Of a DNA stretch of 64,000 nucleotides, positions 13,601-25,600 are shown in pieces; positions within the stretch are counted from its first letter, which is position 1; the number at the start of each line of letters is the position of its first letter. Origin of the DNA: Podarcis melisellensis (lineage: Eukaryota). Made by a program: the position numbers and the translations under genes. The DNA is taken from assembly GCA_964234715.1 (NCBI GenBank), contig OZ174283.1; one strand, written 5' to 3'. The notes under the pieces are model-generated. The model did no database searches. It saw only the letters and a list, made by a program, of their open reading frames with translations, and was not told where the DNA came from.

Positions 13601-16600
13601 AATCCTGGTATAGGACATTTGGACCTCACCGACTGGCAGGTGTATCACAATTGCCTACCTCCTGGTAAGCTAGCTAGAGCACAGCTGTCAACGTTTCCCT
13701 TTTTTTAAAAGGGAAATTCCCTTATTCCTAATAGGATTCCTTGCAAGAAAATGGAAAAGTTGACAGCTATCCCCTAAAGCTCTAAGCTGGTAAACATCTT
13801 ATTCAAAAAAATCTTAGAACTAGGTATTTATAGTTCCAGTTACAGATAGGTAGCCGTGTTGGTCTGCCATAGTCAAAACAAAAAAAATTCCTTCCAGTAG
13901 CACCTTAAAGACCAACGAAGTCAGTTCTTGGTATGAGCTTTCGTGTGCATGCACACTTCTTCAGATACACTGAAGGGTCTGGAAACTTCTGTTTCAGTGT
14001 ATCTGAAGAAGTGTGCATGCACACGAAAGCTCATACCAAGAACTAACTTAGTTGGTCTTTAAGGTGCTACTGGAAGGAATTTTTTTTTATTTTAGGTATT
14101 TATAGGTCTTTCCTCATAAAACTAGAGACTGTGTACTACAAAAATTGTTAAGATATTTCTCAGTGACTTAGAAAAAAGACATATTCATAGTTTACAGCAC
14201 TTTATCACTAGAAGAGTCTGAAAATGGGACAATTTCCCACCTGTCAAAACATGGGCATCAATACCTCATAGGTCAGTATTACAGATCAAAAAGGCATGAC
14301 ACATTACAGTGAGGTATGGGAGTTCCTTTGTCTGTTCAGATTTTTACTTTTTGGAGTGGAGCAGGGGGAGAGGAGTGCTTCAAGTAGCAGCCAGGAACCA
14401 TAGTCTCCGCTCGCATAATTTATTTATTCTATTTCTATCCTGTCCTTTCTCCCTATAGTGCCCAGGGTGGCAATAAAATGATTGCAAATTTCATTTATAT
14501 AATGTTTAGGTAGCTGCTACACTGATCTTCTGTCTAGAGTCAGTGATCAGATGGACATATAAAGGGTGACTTTTAGGGATTCTGGTCCTGAGCTGCCTAG
14601 GACTTTGTATACTAGTTTCAGCACCTTGAACATAGCCTGGTAGCCTACTGGCAGCCAATGCATTATTCTCAACAGCAGGGTAACATGATGGCAATATTCT
14701 GCCTCAGTGAACAGTCAAAGAGCCAAATTTTACATTGGCTGCAGTTCTTGGGCCAAGCTGAGGGATAGCCTAACACACAGAGCATTACATCTGCACAGCT
14801 GCAAGCCAAAACCAAAATTAAAAACTAGTTGACAAACTGGCTGAAACTAACCTTAGGTCTGGTACAGGCTAAGCAGAGCACAGGGAGTGAAATTGTGTCA
14901 GCAAAAAGAGCATCAAATACAATAAAATTTATGTGTGCTGGAGACAATTTACATTGAAATAAAAATATAATATACTTACAGTACTAACTTATCAACAGTT
15001 TTCAGTTCTGGAGGTGTCTGACGTGCCAGCTCCCCAACATATTCCAGAAGGAATTCAAACAGTTTCTACAGGATAAGTTTTTAAAAAGTAAATGAACTTT
15101 GGAATGCAAAGTACTTTGTTCCCTTCAATTAGCAAAAACTCCCCCCCCCCATGTTGATGTGTGAATAATGTACTTGATCACAAAAACATACCTCTAACTT
15201 TGCTTTGTTTCCCACTGCAAGGCTTGGGTGATTAGACTTTCGAATCCGTTCAATTACAAGCAGTTGTTCTTCTGTCGTTCTTCCCAACAATTCAGCTTTA
15301 AGTTGCTCATAAGATTCTGGAGCTATTGTAAAAATGAAAAACGTATAGCTATCTTACACAAAACAAAGCACAAACATTATGCCATAGAAAAATGGCACTA
15401 TGATTACAAAACGAAGACTAAAATTTGTCCTTTAGCAAGCTGCCACAATAGTTGCCTTTGCCCTGAATCTAAAGAATAGGGGATCCAGAGCGGCATCTTT
15501 CAGGAATTCCTGTTCTCTGGACAGCTTAGTAAGGTGTGACAACCCCTTGAGCCGTAATAGGCTGGCTCTGGCTAAAACCGAAGAAACAGAGGTGACCCTG
15601 AAGGCCAGGGCAGCTACCTCCAAGTCTTTCCGTGATGCTGCATCTGCTTTTCCCCCCTCTCCAGATTGTTTTAATATGGCATCATCATCTTTATGCAGGA
15701 GAATGTTGGAAATTAAGTGACGCAACTGCAATATCCAACCACTTTAGGAATTTCAATAACATGCAGAAAAAACTGCTTTAGGCTTTAGGAGCTCAGAGCA
15801 CTACCACTCAATTTTTTGCTTGTGAAAAATGCCACCCACTCAGAGAGCATCAGGCTGAATGTGTGGGGCCGTGGGGAGAACAGAAACACCCTTTGAGGTT
15901 TACTCAACTGGGTGTGGTTCAGGAGAGTACAAGCCTAGTGCAGAGATGGCTTTAGTAATCAGAAGGTGGTAGTTAGCTCACTTTTGTAGTCCTGCCCCTG
16001 GTGTTTCCTCCGATTCTGACACAAGTTCCACTGTTCCTCCTCTTTCTCAAGCATCTAATAAGCCAAATTCCACATTTTCCCCATGTTTTGTGGTTAAACC
16101 GGAAGGCAGCAATGTAAATGCTGTTTAAGATTTGAACTTTCAAGAGATTATTTTATCATGTTTTAGATGCTCTTCTTTCTGAAAAACCAGACCACACTAT
16201 TTTCTACCAGTGAACAAGGAGCAGTGCTTTCCTACAGAAAGTATATAATGCAATTTGAATAAAGGTGTTTTTCTTCCTACCAGCAAACAAATATGGCACC
16301 TCCAGTTTTGCAGCTTCTCTTTTGGCATCTTGCTTCTTCATATGCAATTCATTCTTGCTTCCTTCCCTCCTTCCCCTTTTCTGCTCTTCACCAGCAATGG
16401 CTACCTCCATGACCTCCTCTTCAGTTTCAACATCAGAGGGGCTGTCAATATCATCAGTACCAGTCGCAGCTTCTTCATCACTCTCCTCTCCATCACTGCT
16501 GCCGTCTTCTCTCGCCACACTCTCTTCCTCGTCTTTATCATCGTCAATATTCAGCTTGCCATCCTATTTAATAGGTTGAGATATATATATCAATCAGCGG

Positions 16601-19600
16601 AATCTTTAGGCATTAAAGCAGAGTTTGCTTCTCAGTGAAGTCTCCTACTTGTTTGACTGGTGGAGACTCTGGGGATGATCTCCTTGCAAAATATTGGGAG
16701 GCAGGCCTTTGAGAAGGAAAACCTGGCAAAGAGTATGGCTCAGAAAATGCCTCCCCACTTATTCTCTCCCTAGAAGCAGTTGAGATTGACATAGCTAAAA
16801 AAAGTACAGCCAACAAAGGAAGTGTCCATAGCAAAAAGGGCAGGTCCAGGACCACTCTGATGAACTAGGAAAAAATTGACAGCAAAACAACTTCTCAGTT
16901 CTCCCTATTGCTTCCATTTAGTAGTCCAGCTGCTAGGGTGTAATAGAGCACTATCCCAAAAGAAACAATGGCTCCATTCCTCTTGAGCCGCAGACCATCT
17001 CTGGTCAGACCATCCCTGTATGACTCCCACTGGGAGTATTACTGAATGGGATGGATCCAAGATACAGGGTGTCAGGCTGAGGGAGAAAGCAGTCTTCCCA
17101 GGGCACCACCATGACCAGCTGTACAACTACAAGGGATTTAAATTCACGTGTCAGCAATGTTACATTCCTAGTCTTCAAAGTACTGTATTTTTCGCTCTAT
17201 AAAACGCACCCGACCATAACACGCACGTAGTTTTTAGAGGAGGAAAATCCGTAGGCATGCCACCCATAGGCATTTCCTCCATAATACGCACAGACATTTC
17301 CCCATAGTTTATAGGAGGAAAAAAGTGAGTGTTAAGGTGCAAAAAATACGGTAATTTATGTCCCCTGAGGCCTCTGCAATTTGCTCCCCAGGTTGGCATG
17401 GCTGGATTGTGATCTTTTTGTTTCAGCTTCTTTAAAAACTAAATGAAAAAACACGTACCTTATAAGAAAGCATACGCCTGTCATCTTTATCAAGGAGGAA
17501 TCCATCTGCCAAATCGTCAGCTGATATGTGCTTGGGTTTCTTTTCTTTCTCAGGCTCATCTCCACACATTCGACGTAATCTGTCAGTCTGCAATGTATAA
17601 TATGTTGAGAACAGTAACATTAACGGCTAGTCTGATTTTTTATCACAGAAGGTATGATAAAATTCTGCTACAATGGTGCAAGCATTCAATGAATGATGGA
17701 GGCATTTATATTTGTCAGTGATGGGGAACAATATTGGTACAGTGAGCCAGATTTTTATCTTTCGCCACTCTATGAAGCAACCTGTCAAGCTTCTAATGTC
17801 ATGACAATGCCAGGTTACTGACAGGTGGACAATCCCCATCCACCTGTCAAAAGTGTCCAGCAGGGTGTGGGGATGAAACTGCTTCGTCAGGAACACACTG
17901 GAGAAGCAGCACCCAGCAGGTTCAATCCTCCTGGCTGCAGGAGTCTGCTTCACCAGCAGGGACCAAGCTGGCAGAAGAGCCTTCACTAGTCCTCCATCAG
18001 ATGATATAAGCTAGGAAGATCAGCTGATTCGCGGAGTTTGGGGAAAGAGCCTTTCAGACAAACTTGGCCAGGTTGGAACTGATTATTCCAATAAATTAAG
18101 ATCTACACGAATCAAATTTAACATAAAACATGTATAATCTGTTGGTTACATTTATATCTTGTTTAAACTGTTCAGGATAGAATACACCAATTTTATCCTT
18201 ATAACCATCCTGTAGTTAAGATGTAGGTTAGACTGGTTTAAGGTCAACCTGGAGTCTAAATCCAACACTCTAAAACACCATAGCACTCTGGACTCAGAAT
18301 AAAACAAAACAAAACAGTGTTAGAATGCCTAAAATCCATGGAAAAAACAACTCAAGAAGCAGCAAAGGGGAAAAACCAAGTTAGTGTCTAACCAAAAATG
18401 AAGCTAGAATTAAGAGGCCTGGAAGTGTTTAGTGGTTACTTGCCCAGCCTCAGCTGACAGGGGGACCCAGAGAAGGGACTGCATTCTCCAGGTCTGGGCA
18501 GGTATATATGGTAGGAGACAGTCCTTCATCTATTCCAAGTAAAAATATTTCATGGATATTTATGGCATCTTGTATATTCACAGTCACTGAAAACAGTTTT
18601 TTATTAAATGGAACACAATACACAAACACCATACCTCTAATTGGAGGAGTCTCTTTTGTTCTTCCTTTGCTAATTCTTCTTCTGTTTTCATCCTAGCAGA
18701 GGGTTGTGCCTTCATCTCAAACACAAGCTCCCGAACTATCATATCATATTCATCAGGCTGTGGGGAAAAAAATCACAAACAGTAACTCTCTACAATACGA
18801 ACCTTAGAGTAGCCCTGCTGGTTCAGGCCAAAGTCCCATCTGGTCCAGCAGAATGTTCTCACAGTGACCAACCAGATACATGTGGGAAACTCATGAGCAG
18901 GACCCAAGTGAAACAGTGCTCTCCCCAACTGGTATTCAGAGGCATGCAGCCCCAACAGGGTGTTGAAGAAACTGGACGTGAGAAGGGGTTAATTTCCTTT
19001 ATGAGTGTAAACTACCGCATGGATGAGCTAATTCAAGGTGCATGGTCAGCCAAGCCAGTTGCTACATTAATGCCCAGGGCAACAACTATCTGTGATTAAT
19101 GTTGTGTCAGCTAATTCAATGGTTTCAGGTGTCCAACTGTTAGTCTGCAATTAGTCTATTAGTCAATGTTACTTTTGACCAGTGTTACATCTTAAATTAC
19201 TGAATTTATTTACAGCAACGGGGATATTCTATACTTGCATATATCTGTATATATAAAGCCTACAAGCCGTATATATCTATGTCCAGAACTGGTTTACTGA
19301 GCCTTATCTTCTGCAACAGTAAACTATCTGAACCTTTCTCTGTGTGGTGAATGGAACTTGGAGCAACTTCCATTTCTTTGACATAAAAGTTTGCATTAAA
19401 AACCTTTAAGTATTTCATTAACATCTATTTTAAGTAACTCCCAAACCAGGAAGCATTATAACAACATTACAAATTTTCTTACATTTAATTCCCACCTATC
19501 TTCTGTCATGGAATCTAAGGCAGTGTACATATGACACTGCAGATAACTGCCTAGACCCAGACAGGGCTCACGAAAACCTCATTAGTTTACAATGTAATCC

Positions 19601-22600
19601 TAAACATGTCTATGCGGAAGTAAACCCCTTTGTGTTCAATGGGACTTACTAGGTGCGGATCAGATTGCAAGTTTACCTACTTACACATCCACCAATGAAA
19701 CAGTTGAGAATCATCTACAAGAATGAACAAGTTGGTGGCCTGCTCTCTTCACTTTTTTTTTGAAGGACACAAGAACAAACACTTGATTTTATCTGTAACA
19801 GGCTGGATGCCTTCAGAGACATGTACCTTAACACTTGGAATTTCAGAGAAGGGAGTGTGGCCTATTCCACTAGCTGACACATCAGATGCCTCCGACTATC
19901 CATCTACTGTCACCTACAACTGCCATTCCATCAAGCTACTTGAACTGTTTCCATACCAGTTGGTTATTTAAGAACTGTAGCTTTAAGAACTGGTGCCCAA
20001 GTTTATTTCTTTTTTCTCTTCCCTTTGTATGCAATATTGTGTGTGTGTTTTAGATTGTAATCCTGAGGGCAGAGACTGTCTTTAAAAAAATCAGCCATAT
20101 AATTTATAATTTTTGACTGAATAAGGGTAAAACTTAGATAAATAAGGGAGATCCACTTCTGTCCAGATTTATGGAGTCTGGAGAGAGGAGGATGTGGCAA
20201 AGCAGAATCTAGACTATCACCTAAAAGCACAGGACGTTAAGAGCAGGGAAGCACACTAAGAGAACATCACTAGAATTCACAAAGTTTCAGTTTTTCTCTT
20301 TAATTCCATACAGGAATTTGTACCTCTAACAGGCAGAATACTATTTGAAGTAAAACTGGATAGCAAGTAAAATAAGGCTTACCTTGGGCTTTTCCTCTTC
20401 ATTTTGTCTCTCCGACTTGGGGGTCTTGTGGAACAGAAAGGCTTGAACCTCCTTCCAATCACTGTTGAGTTTTTCTGTCAGCTCCAACGTATTTTCCCTC
20501 TGCGTTTGCCGCTCCCTCTAAACAGAAAGAAGAACAATTGTGGGAAACGGTCTTTCATGAAACTAGCCTTTAATATGCAAACTCCTCTCTTGAAAACAAA
20601 GAGAAACTGAAATTGCACACAGCCAAAACAGAACCAAAGTGAACACTGTATCTCACAGAAAATGGCAAATATTGGTTAACATTGTTTGTTTTATTTCATT
20701 TTTTAATTTCAAAGGAATTCAAATTTAGTACAAGAAACCCAGAGTTTACCTTTTCCAGTTTGGATTTTGCGATCATTTCTTCAATGAGCTCCTTCCGTGA
20801 CTTAGGTTTTTTATCTTCTTCGCTTTCCTTCCCTGTGATGGCTTTCTTACAGAGAAGTCCACCACCTCCAAAGTGAGCAGCTGTTAATTCCGCTAGAGAT
20901 GAAAGAATGAAGCTGCTTAGGAAAAGGTCAAATGTGGCTTCAGTCCTAACCCCATTTATTGGAGAAGCAGCTCTACTGAATTCAATAGTGCTTACATCTG
21001 AGCAAACATGGTTAGAATTCCACTGCAAAAGTACCAACCAAGCCAGCAATGTTTGTTAAGAACCAAAGGATCTTTTTTTCTGGTTCCAGGAAACACTGAG
21101 TTTTACATGGCATGTCAAAACATTTATCCAACTCTAGAGACTGTGTTAAATGAAATAAACAGCACATTTTAAATCATAGCTATCATTACTCCTAGTCAAA
21201 GTAGACCCACTGAAATCAATGGACTTAAAGCCTATTGGTTTCAATGGATCTACTCAAAGTATCACACTATAATTTTAACTTCTGAAAGTAGAGTTTTAAA
21301 TACAGTTGTACCTTGGAAGTTGAACAGAAGCCGTTCCGACTTCCGAAACGTTCAACTTCCAAAGCGTGGCTTCTGATTGCCTGCAGGAAGCTCCTGCAGC
21401 CAATCAGAAGCTGCGGAAGCCCGGCTTCCAAAAAAAGTTTGAAAACTGGAACACTCCCAGTTTTCAACCATTTGGGAGCCGGAATGTTTGACTCCCAAGG
21501 CATTCGGGAGCCAAGGAACGACTGTAGGGTATAAAATTAGAACATGTGCCAAATTTTAGTTTCATGTTTCATCACACTTTCGGATAACTGTAGCTACTTG
21601 CATCTGAAAAACTCCACCGTTGCAATAAATAGAAAATGTGGTGCCTTATGTAACACACAACTGCCGCATAGTAGGACATATGTACCACTCTGCCTTTTTG
21701 ACTCTTCTTACCTGAGAGTATTCCTCTTTCTTCAGTGTCGCTGTCACTATCTATAGTATCATTACATTTTTCAATGTCTGCTAGAGAATGGCCATAGTGG
21801 GTTAAATCTTCATCTTCATTGAGATTATATATATTTTTCTTTTCATAATTTTTCTGTAACAAAACAAAACAGAAACTGTTTTTTTGTGATCTTTGGTAAA
21901 ATGTTAATTCCTATCCACATTGTCAAGACATAGAGATATTGTGCCTATACTTTGGTTAAGCAAAGAAGCTTAAACTTCTGGGTAAAGCCTGGAATCAATA
22001 GAAAGTAGCTCTCTATTTAGAAGGTGTGTAGAGAGTAAATGTAGAAAAGTACATTCCTGACTGCAGCTAAAATGTCAAAGTCAACATACAGTGGTACCAT
22101 GGGATGCGAATGGGATCCATTCCAGAGCCCCGTTTGCATCCCAAACAGAACGCAAGACGCGGTGGCGCATCGCGTTTCGCCACTTCTGCGCGTGACGTCA
22201 TTTTGAGCGCCTGCATATGTGCAAGCAGCGAAACCCAGAAGTAACGTGCTCTGTTACTTCCAGGTTGCCGTGGAGCGCAACTTGAACGAGCTCAAACCGA
22301 AGCACATTCAACTCGAGGTATGACTGTATAGGCGATGGGAGATTTCCTCCTCTCTGAATGGCTTTACAGAATCTGGGATATGGCAATTACATATAAATGC
22401 ACTATGACTGAGGGACAATGGAGTCTATGAAAACAGGTTTTGGAGAGACAGGCAACTTTTTTGGGTGTGTGTGTGTGGAAGGGGGACCAAATTTAACAAT
22501 GATGTAAGATCATATTCACTATTTAACTGAAATATGATTTGGTGGAAATGATGCTTTTCTTTTTTGTATAACTATAACAACAATAATGATCCTTGTAAAA

Positions 22601-25600
22601 TGGCCCAATAACTCAATTCATAAAACACACTTTTCGATCAGGTATTTGTTTTATAGCTGTGCAACTGTGAGTTGTTTATCCACAGTGAAAACAAGCAAAG
22701 CTCAAACCCATGTTCTGAAAGCATGCAGTCAAATATTTCATCATACACCTTAGGAACAAAAGCAATATTTCAAAGCTTGTAACTTCTGCTTTTCCTATTA
22801 TCCTTTCCCTCAGCAGGAAATACTGTCTCTTCCTTCATGCTGGTCACTTAATCTCTGCTCTGTAGTTCTCTTAACTCTTATTCACATACATATTTTAAGT
22901 TTTTCAAGTGACTTAGATGTCTAATTTACATGTGGCATTTGCTAGATAGACCCAACAAAATTCTGCAGAATGAATAAATGATAAAACCACATTGCTGCAG
23001 AGAAAGCAAACTTTCAGATGGCTTAACCATTGTCTACCTGAACACCAAGAGCCATGTGCCAGCTTCCAACTCTTCCCTTGTTTCTTCCTTCCTCTTCTTC
23101 TATATACGTTACTCTGCCTACCAATCCCCCACCTATTCCATGTTGCCTTCATTATCACCTTGCTCATGCTGCCCTTCTCACATGATAGAAGTAACGACCA
23201 GTTGGCCTTACGTGCTAAACAGCCTATTTTTCAACACCGCCCTTAAAATACACAGTGGTACCTCGGGTTAAGTACTTAATTCGTTCCAGAGGTCCGTACT
23301 TAACCTGAAACTGTTCGTAACCTGAAGCACAACTTTAGCTAATGGGGCCTACTGCTGCTGCCGCGCCACCAGAGCCCAATTTCTGTTCTCATCCTAAAGC
23401 AAAGTTCTTAACCTGAAGCACTATTTCTGGGTTAGTGGAGTCTGTAACCTGAATTGTATGTAACCTGAGGTACCACTGTATTTTGGAGTTGGTGAACAAT
23501 TGCTTATAATCCCAAACAATTTATAAAAGCAGATATAACACTGCCAAAATGGTTTAGCATCAACTCTCCAACATGCTGATAACAGGCAACTCGTATGCAT
23601 CTTTAGTTGGAAGTAAATACATTTTAGAACAATGAGACTTACTTTCAATTAACTGTGCATAGGATCACAGTTTAAAGTTACTGGAAATTCTGTTTGGTAA
23701 GAGAGAAAGGGAACGACAAACCTCTTGGAGAAGTGGAAAAAACTGATCTTAGTAAAATGTGGAATTAAGGTAGAACTTATCTTCAACTTTGCATATTCTA
23801 TTACTTTATAAAAATACAGCTCAAATGTTCGTTCAATTTAATATTTATTTCTAAGAGAACAGGAAACTTCTAAAGAGTTGCTATGTCACTTTCTTAAATT
23901 ATTTTCATTATTACCTGTTGTTCCAAAGCAAACCTCTTCATCATTTTTTCTTCTGGACTTATTTTGGTATCATATTCCCCAAAACGTTTGTCTTTAAAGA
24001 CATTGGATTTCTCCTTTTCTTTGTATTCTTTCTGCAAAGTCTGAATACGCTGAAAAGCAAAATACCACAATATATTAAGGCAGAAACAAATATTACTCAA
24101 ACAGGGCACCAATAAGCAATAGTCAAACATGTTACAAACAATATGTTATTAATTTACAATCCTACCAATGTTTTTTGGCTTTTTAGCTGCTCACCTGCTG
24201 GTTTTTAGTTCTCACATCCTTTTCCCCCAGCCTGAATTATCCTCTTGACAAAGACACAAAATTAGGTGATGCATAGTTAGGAAACAGGGACACGGGTGGC
24301 ACTGTGGGTTAAACCACAGAGCCTAGGACTTGCCAATCAGAAGGTCGGCGGTTCGAATCCCTGTGACGGGGTGAGCTCCCGTTGCTCAGTCCCTGCTCCT
24401 GCCAACCTAGCAGTTCAAAAGCACGTCAAAGTGCAAGTAGATAAATAGGTACCGCTCCGGCGGGAAGGCAAACAGTGTTTCCATGCACTGCTCTGGTTTG
24501 CCAGAAATGGCTGTCATGCTGGCCACATGACCCGGAAGCTGTACGGCGGCTCCCTTGGCCAGTAAAGCGAGATGAGCACCGCAACCCGAGAGTCGGCCAC
24601 GACTGGACCTAATGGTCAGGGGTCCCTTTACCTTTACCTAGTTAGGAAATATTACACATAAGCTATTCTTACCTTTAGCTCATATGAATTTGCTTTTAGA
24701 CATGCCCCGTCTGCCCGCCAGGTCACTTTCTACCAACTGTCCTCTGAAAAGGATTCCAGGATAGGGAAGGCAGATAAAGACTACTACAAAGCCTGCTTTA
24801 GCTAGGCTTCCCCAAATCCCCCCTCACCTTTCCTTCACCAACTGCCTTATGGCAAAGGTCATGATGTTTTTTTTTTAGCATGCCAATATTATTTATACCG
24901 TTTGCTAAAATTAATTTAATGCCATTTGTAAGCTGCCTTTGAAAGGTTGCAAAACTGTCTGGCCCCATTTCCTAGTAGGCATTTAGCAAGAGCACAATCT
25001 ACACCTGATGCATTCCTAGCCAGCACAGACTCCGGTCTGTGTCTCTTGCCATCTAACTGCATGTGATCTTTTAGGTGAGTGCAGTCTCTGTGGAACTACT
25101 ACCTGGAAGGGAGGGGCCCCTGACCAGTTATGAAAAATGAGGCTGCTGAACACTTTGAGGCTGGGATGTTGTTTAGGAGTTTTGTTGCTGCTAGTGATAT
25201 TACTTTTGTATCTCTTAGATATTATTTTGAAATTGAACAATTTAGCTGTGCACGGTTTAATATTTTATTTATGCTTATGCCTACCTTTGTGATATTTGTA
25301 AGTATATTTTTTCAAGTTGTAAGCCACTTTGAACATGCTGTGAATTGTGGAACGGCAGAAGGCAAAGGTGTGTATCGAAGTACTAACATTATGAAGAGGC
25401 ACAATGTGAAACATACGCTATTTTACAGCATACCTAGTGGGTTCCGAATACAATTCGCTGTGGCCTTACTAGTTGATTTGCTTTATTGGGTTGGCAAGTT
25501 TTATTGTGCTGAGAGGCGCATGCTCAGGACCGCCTCTCCACACCATCTGCCCTTCTCCATAAGCCTCCTCCAGCAGGTCTGGAAGGTGGCAGCACGACAG

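Noticed and set aside
24287-24370. tRNA genes at SINE heads
   Set aside because: The A/B-box-like motifs belong to tRNA-derived Sauria SINEs; no complete cloverleaf.
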